Source: Limnochordia bacterium (GTDB taxonomy: Bacteria > Bacillota > Limnochordia > DTU080). Taken from it: a stretch of DNA of 64,000 nt. The position numbers and the translations under genes were made by a program. The stretch spans positions 19,696 through 83,695 of the forward strand of contig JBMNJG010000010.1 in the NCBI GenBank assembly GCA_050951545.1, in the 5' to 3' direction. Of the stretch, positions 52,501 through 61,781 are shown in pieces; positions within the stretch are counted from its first letter, which is position 1, and each line of letters begins with the position of its first letter. The notes below the pieces were generated by a model. It was not told the DNA's origin. It did not search any database and was given only the letters and a program-made list of their open reading frames with translations.

Positions 52501-52669
52501 CCTTGAGCAGCGCCTCGTTGCTGGCGACAAGAATTTGATAGGCCGATTGCATCTCATTGCGCTCTGTGGACATCAGCTCCCAACTCAGCCGGGGGCTGGC
52601 TGCGTCAAGGCCTATGGGGTTCTCGGCGTACTCACAACGAAGGCGTGTGGGAACCAAACTCACCTGCAT
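49529..52669 (-). CDS. GH78 alpha-L-rhamnosidase
   Basis: LRCEY..NP.G.D...PRLSW, DMGQNMVG, FTFHGFRYVE, PTDCPQRDERCGWTGD, GATTIWERW, SFNHY. Confidence 0.92.
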   Translation of the reverse strand: MQVSLVPTRLRCEYAENPIGLDAASPRLSWELMSTERNEMQSAYQILVASNEALLKAGVGDLWNSEKVFSTQTAQIVYSGKPLESRMRCYWKVRVWDATGGVGAYSEQAYWETGLLHPQDYQGQWIGLDTLQGQPELTLDGCSWMWSTGKDDSLSEWSFFRRQLTVTSGVEIESAWFALTADSALQLYVNGRFVGRGSGAWRAVQYMNLAPYLQEGTNVLAIKAVRRRADSAGLIGRLCVAYGNGQVEMLAIDASWRALSEDIADWHQPAFDDSTWPAAVARAPYEGNVPMKQRPAPAPLLRREFVLATGIRRARLYSTALGVYGMRLNGQGVGADQLRPGWTDYRRRLQVQAYDVTDLVAPGANAWGVMLGDGWYTGYVGGFGRGQYGDYPLAFRAQLHVEYEDRTSQVIATDPQWRAAAGPIITSDLLMGEIYDSRLEMPGWDKAGFADDGWQAVAVVEKEVPKLVAQQAPAVQITQEVEPVALSEPLPGIFVFDMGQNMVGKYRLRVTGPRGSRVFLRFAEMLNDDGTLYTENLRAARQTDVYILTGDGVEEYEPFFTFHGFRYVEITGFPGRPTLDSLVGLVMHNALEPVGTFTCSDAMVNQLQSNITWGARGNFLSTPTDCPQRDERCGWTGDAQVFVRTACANMDVASFFAKYMHAVEDGQADTGSFPHVAPVVSGYGFGSPAWGDAGVIVPWTIYLCYGDTAILAKHYPAMKRWVAYLQENSKALVRPAEGYGDWLSIAANTPKEVISTAYFAYSTRLVSKIAQVLGKDDEARQYEALFQKIKAAFNEAFVGPDARIKGDTQTCYLLALHMDLLPEELREAAAQHLVRAVEEKDWHLSTGFLGVGLLLPILSDIGRTDIAYRLLHNETYPSWGYSIRQGATTIWERWNSYTKEHGFGDAGMNSFNHYSLGSVGEWFYRYVAGIEIDPRYPAYERFIVRPRPGGKLRWARADYHSIRGPIAVHWQLKDGAFVLDVSVPANTQATIYVPLGEQGALTESASTLVLGGVEATDTHDGVRSLRVVDETAVLEVGSGEYAFVAQ

Positions 52670-52911
52670 TCGTCCTGCAACTCCCTTCCACCAAAATTGA
52701 TGTCTCTAGTCCCCGCTTCTCTACCCGTCCCCTACTTCCTGGAAGCAATGGACCAACACCAAGCAGAGCCCGTTGTGCCTTACCGACACAGGCCCTCTAG
52801 CCAGGGAGTGTTGACTATAACAGGGAATGAGTGTTATCTTTCAAGCCAGAGGCCGCGCTCAAAAGCGCAGATGATTCTGCGCGCAAGTGGTTTGCTAGGG
52901 AGGCTACTATA

Positions 52912-54234
52912 TTGACGAAACAGGAGATCATGTCGATCGCCAAGGAACGGAATGTCAGGTTCATCCGCCTGGTCTTTACCGATATCCTCGGCATACTCAA
53001 GAACGTTACCATTCCAGTTAGTCAACTTGAGCGAGCCTTAGACAACCAAATGATGTTTGATGGTTCATCTATTGAAGGTTTTGTGCGCATCGAAGAGTCC
53101 GACATGAACCTCCGGCCCGACTATGACTCTTTTGCCATCTACCCATGGTCGCCCAAAGAAGCTGCGGAGGCTCGCATTATCTGTGACGTGTACGATCCGA
53201 GCGGCAAGCCCTTCTGTGGAGACCCCCGCCAGGTGTTGCGTCGAACCTTAGCCGAGGCTGCCGCCATGGGTTACACTGTCATGTGCGGACCTGAAGCGGA
53301 GTTCTTCCTGTTTCAACTCAGTCCCGATGGGCAGCCGACTACCAAGACCCATGACCAGGCCAGTTATTTTGATTTGGGTCCCGTAGATAAAGGCGAGGAT
53401 GCTCGCCGAGACATCGTCTTGGCCCTGGAGGAGATGGGATTCGAAGTCGAGGCCTCGCACCACGAAGTGGCTGAGGGGCAGCACGAAATCGATTTCCACT
53501 TTGACGAAGCCCTGGTCACAGCGGATCGCGTGGCCACGTTCAAGTTTGTCACGAGGACCGTCGCCCGCCAGCATGGATTACATGCCACCTTTATGCCCAA
53601 ACCGATCTACGGGATAGCTGGTAGCGGAATGCATACACACATTAGCCTATTTAAAGGAAAAGAAAACGCCTTCTATGATCCGCAGGGCACCTACGAACTA
53701 AGCGATACTGCCCGCCACTTCATCGGTGGTGTGTTAGAGCATGCTCCAGCGTTTACCGCTGTCACCAATCCGCTGGTCAACTCATATAAGCGTCTTGTTC
53801 CGGGCTTTGAGGCTCCAGTATACGTGGCCTGGTCGGCACAGAACCGCAGCGTCTTAGTGCGCGTTCCGACGAGCCGTAACAAGAGCACCCGCATGGAGCT
53901 GCGTTCACCCGATCCGTCCTGCAACCCGTATCTGGCCTTTGCGGTAGCTATCGCGGCAGGTCTTGACGGGATAAAGAAGAAGACCCAGCCCCCTGAGTCG
54001 ATGTCGAAAAACCTCTACGATATGTCTCCCCAAGAGCGAGAGGCGCTGGGCATTAGCAACCTGCCAGCCAACCTGTACAAGGCACTTGAGCATCTCAAGC
54101 AAGACAAGGTGATCCGCGATGCCTTGGGCGATCACGTCTTCAGTCGCTTTGTAGCCGCCAAGGAGCACGAATGGGAGGCCTATCGTCAGCGCATCAGCCC
54201 GTGGGAGCTTGAGCAGTACCTAGGAGTCTACTAA
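52912..54234 (+). CDS. glnA: Glutamine synthetase type I
   Basis: [69 protein letters not shown]; TTG start after GGGAGG. Confidence 0.95.
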   Translation: MTKQEIMSIAKERNVRFIRLVFTDILGILKNVTIPVSQLERALDNQMMFDGSSIEGFVRIEESDMNLRPDYDSFAIYPWSPKEAAEARIICDVYDPSGKPFCGDPRQVLRRTLAEAAAMGYTVMCGPEAEFFLFQLSPDGQPTTKTHDQASYFDLGPVDKGEDARRDIVLALEEMGFEVEASHHEVAEGQHEIDFHFDEALVTADRVATFKFVTRTVARQHGLHATFMPKPIYGIAGSGMHTHISLFKGKENAFYDPQGTYELSDTARHFIGGVLEHAPAFTAVTNPLVNSYKRLVPGFEAPVYVAWSAQNRSVLVRVPTSRNKSTRMELRSPDPSCNPYLAFAVAIAAGLDGIKKKTQPPESMSKNLYDMSPQEREALGISNLPANLYKALEHLKQDKVIRDALGDHVFSRFVAAKEHEWEAYRQRISPWELEQYLGVY

Positions 54235-54240
54235 GGAAAG

Positions 54241-54275
54241 GCGGGTGTCGCGCCTGTCGGTCGTGACACCCCCGC
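54241..54275. terminator. Hairpin between convergent glnA and aminopeptidase
   Basis: GGGTGTCGCG...CGTGACACCC stem. Confidence 0.55.
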
Positions 54276-54277
54276 AT

Positions 54278-55381
54278 TCATAGCTGGAACCTGCCGTCTT
54301 TGTAGATCAGCTGCCCGTCAGCGTGTATCTCACCACCGCCACGCAGATCACACAGCATATCCCAGTGGATGGCCGATTCATTCTGGCTACCTGTCTCCGG
54401 GTAACCAGCCCCCAGCGCTAGATGGATCGTACCCCCGATTTTCTCATCGAAGAGCATGTTGCGCGTGTGACGCGTGATGCCGTAGTTGGTGCCGATACCT
54501 ACCTCGCCCAGGTAGCGGGCACCGGGGTCAGTATCCAATAAGGCATGCAGGAGTTCCTCGCCGTGGCGGGCGGAAGCCGAGACGACCTTGCCGTTTTCGA
54601 AGCCCAGGCGAATATCCTCGATCAACTGGCCCCGGAAGGTACCCGGAAAGCTGAAGCGTATGTAACCGTTCGCGGAATCCTCGACGGGGCCCGTGAAGAT
54701 CTCCCCATCAGGGAAATTGGCCTCGCCACTACAGCTCTCCCAGCGACGGCCTGCCGTGCGCAGGGTCAAGTCAGTGTCCTCGCCCACAATGCGCAGGCTC
54801 TCCACCGCGTCCAGCCTCTTCACGATCGCCGCCTGCTCTGCGTGGACCTTTCGCCAGTAGGCTACCGGGTCTTCTTCGTTGAGGCCACAGGCTGCGAAGA
54901 CGAACTCCTCGTAGTCAGCCAACGACATGTTGGCCTCCTGCGCATCGGCATTGGTGGGAAACTGCGTCAGGCACCAGCGATGCTCGCCAGCTGCTGCCCG
55001 CTGCATCATCGTCTTGGACAATTCGGAGGTGGCCCGCGCTCGTAGGGCCTGCCGTGCCGGGTCGACTCCGCTCAAGGCCCTGACATTCACCTCTCCCAGA
55101 ATCGTCAGGGAGGCGTCCGCCTCTTCGATCGGGATGCGAGCAAGCGATGACACATACTGTAGCTGTTCATCGCTGGCGTTCTTCAGAAAGATCTCGGCGA
55201 TTTCAGGCAGTCTCATCTGCACTTCAGGATGCGCTCCTGCCTGCAGAGCCTCCTGATAGACGGCCCGGATCAGCGGGGCCGCAACCTCACCGCCTCGAAT
55301 CACAAAGAAGTCCCCGGGCTTGATGCCCAGAGAGTAGTGCACCAGAACCTTTGCCATATTTGTCACTCGTGGATCTTGCAC
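54278..55381 (-). CDS. M29 aminopeptidase (AmpS/AmpT)
   Basis: NFPDGEIFTGP, YLGEVGIGTN, LFDEKIGGTIHLALG, SAIHWD. Confidence 0.9.
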   Translation of the reverse strand: MQDPRVTNMAKVLVHYSLGIKPGDFFVIRGGEVAAPLIRAVYQEALQAGAHPEVQMRLPEIAEIFLKNASDEQLQYVSSLARIPIEEADASLTILGEVNVRALSGVDPARQALRARATSELSKTMMQRAAAGEHRWCLTQFPTNADAQEANMSLADYEEFVFAACGLNEEDPVAYWRKVHAEQAAIVKRLDAVESLRIVGEDTDLTLRTAGRRWESCSGEANFPDGEIFTGPVEDSANGYIRFSFPGTFRGQLIEDIRLGFENGKVVSASARHGEELLHALLDTDPGARYLGEVGIGTNYGITRHTRNMLFDEKIGGTIHLALGAGYPETGSQNESAIHWDMLCDLRGGGEIHADGQLIYKDGRFQL

Positions 55382-55680
55382 GCTATCTCACCTTCCCATG
55401 GGGCTATACGCCGTAGCACTATCGTGCCCCTACTGAATCCCAGGCAAAGCACCGTCGTGATGGCTCGCCTTATTTGCCACACCTCTTCTACATGGCATCA
55501 CCAGAGTGAAGCGCATACTGTATTTGTCTGCTGCACTAGCGTCTCCTGCCCTGACGCAAGAAGGTGTCGTCAAGAGAAACCCGAATTCCACCTGGTAGGT
55601 TCTCCGGGGGCCAGCGTCCTGGAGCCCAGACGGAGCAAAGCAGTGCAAGGAAGCCTGGCGTTTGACAGGAGGCCTGAACA

Positions 55681-56490
55681 ATGGATCTCGACTCTCTCGT
55701 GGCTCTGGCGGTTCCCTTTGTAGGAAGAATCCTGGCCGCCATCATCCTCATTCTGGTTGGGCGCAGGCTCATCGCCAGGATCGTCAACCTCGTCTCGCTG
55801 TCGTTTCGCAGGCATCCATTGGACACTTCCCTGCAATCATTTGCCATGTCTGCCACGAGAGGGCTGCTCTTTACCCTTCTGGTGGTGACAACGGCATCTG
55901 TACTAGGTGTCCAAATGACATCCGTGGCTGCCATCTTGGCCTCGGCAGGCCTGGCGGTCGGACTGGCGCTCCAAGGGAGTCTGTCGAACCTTGCTGGCGG
56001 CGTCCTTCTTCTCTCGCTGAAGCCTTTCCGCGTGGGAGACTTCGTCGAAGTAGGTGCCCTGTCAGGTACCGTGGAAGCAATCCAGATGTTCTATACGCTT
56101 CTCAGGACCCCAGACAACCGCCAGATCACCATTCCGAACGCCGACCTCGCCAACAGCAATATCACCAATTTTACCGCCAACCCCACGCGGCGCATGGATC
56201 TGGTGGTTGCTGTGAGCTACGATACCGACATTGCCAAGGTGAAAAGCGTGCTGAAGAAGCTGGCCGACGACCACCCCCTCGTCTTGAAGGACCCTTCTCC
56301 CATGATCGTCGTTGGTGAACACGGCCCGAGTGCTCTCCACCTTTTCTTCCGTGTCTGGGTAAACAGAGACGACTACTGGCCAGTGCGCTTCGAACTGCTG
56401 GAGCAGATCAAGGTGGCATTCGACGAAGCAGCGATTAAGATTCCCTTCAGCCAAGTGGAAGTGCATCTGAACACCGCACCCAAGACCTGA
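55681..56490 (+). CDS. mscS: Small-conductance mechanosensitive channel
   Basis: AGLAVGLALQGSLSNLAGG, KPFRVGD, TPDNRQITIPN, RRMDL.V.VSY, IPFSQ. Confidence 0.9.
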   Translation: MDLDSLVALAVPFVGRILAAIILILVGRRLIARIVNLVSLSFRRHPLDTSLQSFAMSATRGLLFTLLVVTTASVLGVQMTSVAAILASAGLAVGLALQGSLSNLAGGVLLLSLKPFRVGDFVEVGALSGTVEAIQMFYTLLRTPDNRQITIPNADLANSNITNFTANPTRRMDLVVAVSYDTDIAKVKSVLKKLADDHPLVLKDPSPMIVVGEHGPSALHLFFRVWVNRDDYWPVRFELLEQIKVAFDEAAIKIPFSQVEVHLNTAPKT

Positions 56491-56553
56491 CCGCCAGCGC
56501 TCCAGTATCCTGTGCGTGTATGGGAATGCTTGGAGCGATGAGCTTGCCGCCTG

Positions 56554-56820
56554 TTACTGGATACAGGCCTCTGCAATCTCATAGTCGTGATCGGGAACGG
56601 CCTCGCCAGTAATACACGTAAAGCAAGCTCGCCCTACCACAGCTGAACCTATGACCCAGATAGGATTCCCACATCTACACTTTACCCGGGCCTGGAAATC
56701 ACGGAGTGCTGCCTGGAGCCTCTCTCGCACCTCCGAACGCCTGCTACCAGGATTCCTTACCACGTGCTTCTCCACATAGTCCTCTAATTCTATGGGTACA
56801 AAAGCCACCTCAGAAACCAC
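56554..56820 (-). CDS. Small hypothetical protein with CxC...CxxC (possible Zn binding)
   Basis: KCRCGNPIWVIGSA..GRACFTCITGEA.PD.DYEI reads as a natural protein. Confidence 0.55.
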   Translation of the reverse strand: MVSEVAFVPIELEDYVEKHVVRNPGSRRSEVRERLQAALRDFQARVKCRCGNPIWVIGSAVVGRACFTCITGEAVPDHDYEIAEACIQ

Positions 56821-56849
56821 CCATCTTTCTTCTCTGATGATCCCTTAGC

Positions 56850-57000
56850 CCCGCGCTGATGATAGCATACCTGCTCAGCAACTTCTTCAGTAGCTTTTCT
56901 GACGGATCCACGCAGTCCACTCGCGCATTAGATGCCTTCCGTAAAAGCTCGGCGGGTCCAGACCTGAACCGCAGCCAATATCCAGGGCGCTGATCGGCAG
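56850..57000 (-). pseudogene. Class I SAM-methyltransferase fragment
   Basis: Minus strand reads SALDIGCGSG, then after a frameshift AELLRKASNARVDCVDPSEKLL (motifs I and II). Confidence 0.4.
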
Positions 57001-57542
57001 TCTCGACTTAACCAGTACGCCGTGCCCAGTCCGCGGTGAACAACGTGGCGAAGTACTCTACAGCCACCAGACTGAGACCTCCGATGAGCGAGACCACTCG
57101 CAGCAGGCCTATGGTGGGCTCAAACGGTAGGCCTACCATGTGCTGCACCTGACTAGTAATCGTAGGCTCTGTAAGCGCTAACCATCAGAGTAGCCCATTC
57201 AGGTCCATAACGAGAGCGCCTTGGACCCCCAGCGGCAGGGAACGCGCCCACTGATACGACCTGGCGGACATGCTCCAGCAGCAAGATGAGCCCGGCTGCC
57301 GAGCCGGCCGCATCCGCCGTCATCTGCTCAGCCACGTGATCCGGGACTGTTCCGCTGACTAGGCTTGTTCGAGGTAGCATACGATAGTCCCTGTCACTCT
57401 CCGATTCTGTGACCGCCGCCCGCGAGATTGCGGTTTCACTTATCAGCCCCAGCTGTGTCCTGTGGTGCTCTGTAGCAGGCCGCGTTGAAGCCTTGCAGCC
57501 ACAGCACCGACGCGCGCAGTCACCCCGCTCCCATTTTTGGCG

Positions 57543-57571
57543 TTGCCAGCGACGACATCCCGTGATATAAT
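57543..57571 (+). promoter_or_regulatory. sigmaA promoter of the tRNA
   Basis: TTGCCA-17 bp-TATAAT with extended TG. Confidence 0.75.
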
Positions 57572-57595
57572 CAGTAGCGTCACTGAGACAGCCAA

Positions 57596-57672
57596 GGGCC
57601 ATTAGCTCAGTCGGCTAGAGCACCTGACTCTTAATCAGGGTGTCCACGGTTCGAGTCCGTGATGGCCCACCA
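57596..57672 (+). tRNA. tRNA-Lys(CTT)
   Basis: GGGCCAT acceptor, TAGCTCAG D-arm, CCTGA-CTCTTAA-TCAGG anticodon arm, GGTTCGAGTCC T-arm, encoded CCA. Confidence 0.95.
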
Positions 57673-57678
57673 AAGTGG

Positions 57679-57712
57679 AACGCCTTCCTCAAGCGATTTT
57701 GGGGAAGGCGTT
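57679..57712 (+). terminator. Hairpin after the tRNA
   Basis: AACGCCTTCC...GGAAGGCGTT. Confidence 0.65.
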
Positions 57713-57742
57713 GGTCTTTGTTGGGGATGGGTGGGGAACGTT

Positions 57743-57764
57743 TGTGTAGCCAATGTGTAGCCAA
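57743..57764. repeat. Tandem 11-bp direct repeat, likely integrase arm-type sites
   Basis: TGTGTAGCCAA x2 between the tRNA and the integrase stop codon. Confidence 0.6.
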
Positions 57765-57780
57765 TGGATTCCGTAGCGTT

Positions 57781-58920
57781 CTACTCGTTGGAGTCGTGCC
57801 GGCCAAGTAGTTGGTCCGGCTTGTCAGCAGCATCCCTGTGAAGAGCTGGTAATACGTGACTGTAGGTATCGAGGGTCACGCTGATCTGCGAGTGACCCAG
57901 AATCTCCTGCACCACCTTCGGGTGAACCCCTTGGAAAAGCAGCAAGGTAGCGGCTGTGTGGCGTAGGTCGTGAAAGCGAATATCGGGAACCCCAGCTTTC
58001 TTTAGCAGGGGCTTGAATGAGCGCCGAACAAGGTTCTGCCTATGGATCGGCCCCCCGGCGGTATCACAGAAAACCCACGGCGAACAGTCAAGCCCCTCGG
58101 CTGCCATTTTTTCGCGGTGCCCCTCCAAAGCCCGCACCGCGATCATCGACAGAGCAATATGCCTGCTGCCCGCGGCACTCTTGGGCTCACCCACGCTAAT
58201 GGCTCCGTTGATGTTGGTCAGAGTACGCCGCACCGTAAGCAGCGCCTGAGTGAGATCAACGTCAGCCCACTGCAAACCCAAGAGCTCGCCTTGGCGCATG
58301 CCTGTGGTCACCGCCAAGACGTACAGAGCAAAGAGACGATCATTGGAGGCAACCTGCCAGAAGCGGTTAACCTCGTCTGGCGTAAGGTAGTGCATTTGCT
58401 TCTTCGGTGCCCTCGGACGGTCGACAGCCGCGGCAGGATTCTGTGACACCATCCCCCACCTGTGCGCCTGCTTGAGGGCCCGGTGCAATACGGCGTGGAT
58501 GATCTGGACACTTCTCGGCGAAAGCCCTTCATCTAGCTTGCGCGCATACAGGTTTTGTAGGTGCATCGGTGTTAGGCTACTCAGGCGCAGGTGGCCAATC
58601 TCGGGCACCACGTGCAGGCGAATCGTGCTCTCGTAGCAGGCGTAGGTCGTCCGACGTACGGTTGGTTTGGCGGTATCCTCCAGCCATCTGGTCAGGAAGA
58701 CAGCCACCGTGAGCTTCTCCATGTCGGGCGACAACCCGGTGGTTGGGTCTTCCTTGAGCTTGTTCAGCTTTCCCTGTACTTCGGCCTTCGTCTTACCATA
58801 GACAGTCTTGCGTACACGCTTGCCATCGGCGTCATAGCCCAACGACAGACTGCACACCCAGCGACCATCTTTCCTCTGAAAGATCGAACCCTCTCCCCAT
58901 CCTCTTCGCGCCTCAGCCAT
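57781..58920 (-). CDS. Tyrosine recombinase/integrase
   Basis: GEGSIFQRKDGRW arm-binding domain; TGMRQGE, FHDLRH, LGHS, DTYSH catalytic residues intact. Confidence 0.95.
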   Translation of the reverse strand: MAEARRGWGEGSIFQRKDGRWVCSLSLGYDADGKRVRKTVYGKTKAEVQGKLNKLKEDPTTGLSPDMEKLTVAVFLTRWLEDTAKPTVRRTTYACYESTIRLHVVPEIGHLRLSSLTPMHLQNLYARKLDEGLSPRSVQIIHAVLHRALKQAHRWGMVSQNPAAAVDRPRAPKKQMHYLTPDEVNRFWQVASNDRLFALYVLAVTTGMRQGELLGLQWADVDLTQALLTVRRTLTNINGAISVGEPKSAAGSRHIALSMIAVRALEGHREKMAAEGLDCSPWVFCDTAGGPIHRQNLVRRSFKPLLKKAGVPDIRFHDLRHTAATLLLFQGVHPKVVQEILGHSQISVTLDTYSHVLPALHRDAADKPDQLLGRHDSNE

Positions 58921-59263
58921 GTCTCAGCCTCCTCGCCCGCTACCCAGACGCTATCGCCGCCAGTACGCGGCAACCCCCAGCACTCCATGGGCAGCGTTGT
59001 GGTACGGCTTGCTCGTCACAAGAACGAACACCCTCAGGGCAATGAAGGCTGGCAACTTGTGCTAGAGGCTACTTTTCCCTTCGTGCTAGGATCTCGGTAT
59101 CCTACCATTTGCTCTAAGTCTCAGTGATCTGTCAGATGCGCCCATGCGCCGGACCCAGCCGTTGTCCAATCCTTGTGGAGGCTGTGTGTCAACCTGAAGA
59201 TTGCCCGCCAAACAACGGTGCGAGCATCGCTATTCCGAGCACACGCTCCAGTGCATAACGGGG

Positions 59264-59324
59264 TTGACATTTCGATAGCCGGCTCATATGATGAACGCAA
59301 ACCATACCTTGCCCCTCGAGGTAT
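59264..59324 (+). promoter_or_regulatory. sigmaA promoter plus palindromic operator
   Basis: TTGACA-17 bp-TATGAT (59264-59292); ATACCT-N9-AGGTAT at 59304-59324. Confidence 0.7.
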
Positions 59325-59339
59325 AAGGGTAGACCCCTG

Positions 59340-59726
59340 GTGATGCAGATGAGTTACGTGACTCGTGAGTACTGGCACGGGATGATCAAGATGAGCCTCT
59401 CCACTTTCTTCATCCTACGCGTTCTCTACACCCAGCCTATGCACGGTTACGGTATCGTGCGTGCAGTGGCCGAGCTAACAGAGGGGTGCTGTTCGCCCAC
59501 CGAGGGCACTGTCTATCCCGTCCTCAGATCTCTTAGCAAGGAGGGATGCGTACGAGCCTCGACTCAGGAAGTTGATGGCCGCAAGCGCAGGGTCTATACG
59601 CTCACCCCAACCGGAAGGCGAGCATTTGAAGTCGCTGTGGAGGTCTGGTGCGAGATAACCGAACATGTGCTTGAGGCATCAGGGATTACCAGGGCCCCCA
59701 CGCGTTCCGGTGCCAAGCAGACTTGA
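59340..59726 (+). CDS. PadR-family regulator
   Basis: PMHGYGI, GTVYPVLRSL..EG, RKRRVYTLTPTG; CC pair. Confidence 0.88.
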   Translation: MMQMSYVTREYWHGMIKMSLSTFFILRVLYTQPMHGYGIVRAVAELTEGCCSPTEGTVYPVLRSLSKEGCVRASTQEVDGRKRRVYTLTPTGRRAFEVAVEVWCEITEHVLEASGITRAPTRSGAKQT

Positions 59727-59741
59727 AGGAGGGTATGACAC

Positions 59742-60635
59742 ATGAACACATTCGCCCAGACACTCCGTTTCTTCGTGATCATCATGACCGAGCTTACCGT
59801 CCTATTTGTTGGTATCAGCTTCCTTGTAGAGCTTGTACGGGCGCGATTCTCCGCAAGAATGCAAACGCTTCTTACCTCGCGGCGAGGGCGTGGAAACATT
59901 ATCGGCGCGGCCTTGGGGGCCATTACTCCGTTCTGCTCCTGTTCTACCATTCCGATCATGATGGGAATGCTCGACGCCGGTGTTTCCTTTGGGTCTGCCG
60001 TGTCATTCCTGCTAGCGTCACCATTGCTCAATCCGATCATCATGGGTCTTTTTGTGGCCTTTTTCGGTCTGAAGGTGGCCGCCATGTATGGGATTCTGAT
60101 CTTCGCGATGACCGTTCTCCTTGGCATCCTATGGGAGAAGCTAGGCCTGGCCAACGATGTAAAGCGTGTGCGTGTATCAGTTGATCATGAGGATCCGACA
60201 CAAGCAGGTGAGCACCGCTCGACAGCCAGACAGGCCCTTACACAAGCCTGGAGCCAGTTCTGCGCTGTGTTTCCCTATCTCATAGTGGGCACCGCCATCG
60301 GCGCTGCCATATACGGAATGGCTCCATCCGAATGGATCTCCGGGATTGCCGGGCCAAGCAACCCATTCGCTGTTCCTGTAGCTGCGATCATCGGCATTCC
60401 ACTCTACATCCGGGTAGAAACCATGGTCCCCATCGGTAAGGTCCTCTTGGAGAAGGGGATGAGTATGGGTGCAGTCGCTGCGCTCATCATCGGAGGCGCG
60501 GGTGCCAGCATACCAGAGGTCAGCCTACTGGCTGCCATTTTCAAACCGCGCCTGGTCGCGGCGTTCGTGGCCACGGTTCTCGTCCTGGCTATGCTGACGG
60601 GGTACGCTTTCAACCTGGCCCTCGCTATAGGATAG
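59742..60635 (+). CDS. DUF318/ArsP-family permease
   Basis: GAITPFCSCSTIP, FLLASPLLNP, GIPLY, GGAGASIPE. Confidence 0.85.
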   Translation: MNTFAQTLRFFVIIMTELTVLFVGISFLVELVRARFSARMQTLLTSRRGRGNIIGAALGAITPFCSCSTIPIMMGMLDAGVSFGSAVSFLLASPLLNPIIMGLFVAFFGLKVAAMYGILIFAMTVLLGILWEKLGLANDVKRVRVSVDHEDPTQAGEHRSTARQALTQAWSQFCAVFPYLIVGTAIGAAIYGMAPSEWISGIAGPSNPFAVPVAAIIGIPLYIRVETMVPIGKVLLEKGMSMGAVAALIIGGAGASIPEVSLLAAIFKPRLVAAFVATVLVLAMLTGYAFNLALAIG

Positions 60636-60686
60636 ACACTGCTTCAGGATGACACATGTCAATGCCTCAGGCATATATCAAACGAT

Positions 60687-61697
60687 GTGGAGGGTGGTTT
60701 CGTGAGCATAAGGAGCTTATTTGCACGTCTGTTCAGTAGGTCTAAAGGCTGCTGCAGTCTACGGATCGAGGCTGAACCCGAAGATGAAGCACAGGAGTTG
60801 AGGAGACCCCCGTGCTGTAACGATCGCGGGGCCGTCACGAAAGCTGGGAGGGGTTATCATGCCAAGAGTAAGTCCTACGAACTCAAGAAAGCCGTCAGGC
60901 AGCAGTATGCTGGCGCCGCCCGCACCGTGAAGGCGGGTACGGGCATGCGGGCCTCTTGCTGTCCGGGCTCATCGTGCTGTTCCGACGGATCGAAGGTAGA
61001 CCTTACCGGAGGCTCCTACACTGCTCAGGAGTTAGCACAGCTACCCGAAAAGGCGCGACTAGCTTCACTAGGCTGCGGGAACCCCACCGCCCTGGCTACG
61101 TTGAACGAAGGCGAGATCGTGCTCGACCTCGGGAGCGGTGGCGGCATCGATGTGTTACTGTCTGCCAAGCAGGTAGGCCCCACAGGGAAGGTATACGGGA
61201 TCGATATGACCGATGAAATGCTGGATCTAGCCCACGAGAACCAGCTCAAGAGTGGGCTAAAGAACGTGGAGTTTCTCAAAGGTGATATCGAGGAGATCCC
61301 TCTCCCCGACAGGCATGTTGATGTCATCATCAGCAACTGCGTAATCAACCTGTCAGCGGACAAGGACCGTGTCTTCGCTGAAGCGTTGCGCGTACTAAAA
61401 CCAGGCGGTCGCTTTGCGGTATCGGATGTCGTGTTCCGCGGCAACAAGAGCCTCATCCCTGATGATGTGATGCACCAAGTGGAACAGTGGGCAGGTTGTG
61501 TCGCTGGTGCCCTCTCTGAAGAGGAGTATCACGAGAAGTTGCAGGGGGCGGGATTCACCGACATTTCCCTACAGGCAACCCAGGTCTATGACAGACAGAC
61601 TATCGAGCAATGGATCGGCCCAGACCGTTGGCCTGAAGATGGGGTGCAAGTAGTCAGTGCGTTCATCCGGGCACGCAGACCACAGGAACAGGCTTGA
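60687..61697 (+). CDS. arsM: Arsenite methyltransferase
   Basis: SLGCGNP, VLDLGSGGGID, GIDMTDEML, VDVIISNCVINLS, WAGCVAGAL, SAFIRA. Confidence 0.88.
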   Translation: MEGGFVSIRSLFARLFSRSKGCCSLRIEAEPEDEAQELRRPPCCNDRGAVTKAGRGYHAKSKSYELKKAVRQQYAGAARTVKAGTGMRASCCPGSSCCSDGSKVDLTGGSYTAQELAQLPEKARLASLGCGNPTALATLNEGEIVLDLGSGGGIDVLLSAKQVGPTGKVYGIDMTDEMLDLAHENQLKSGLKNVEFLKGDIEEIPLPDRHVDVIISNCVINLSADKDRVFAEALRVLKPGGRFAVSDVVFRGNKSLIPDDVMHQVEQWAGCVAGALSEEEYHEKLQGAGFTDISLQATQVYDRQTIEQWIGPDRWPEDGVQVVSAFIRARRPQEQA

Positions 61698-61781
61698 GCG
61701 TCACGGGAAATGGTGCCTGATTGTATCAGGACTGTAGGAGAATCAGCTGGGACCAAACCAATGCAGGAAGGCGTCACCGAC

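Noticed and set aside
52842-52895. Structured glnA leader (riboswitch or ANTAR site)
   Set aside because: Hairpins exist (GCGCAGA..TCTGCGC), but I see no convincing match to known motifs or a GlnR box.
57153-57602. 149-aa minus-strand ORF
   Set aside because: It overlaps the tRNA and its promoter and has no recognisable domain.
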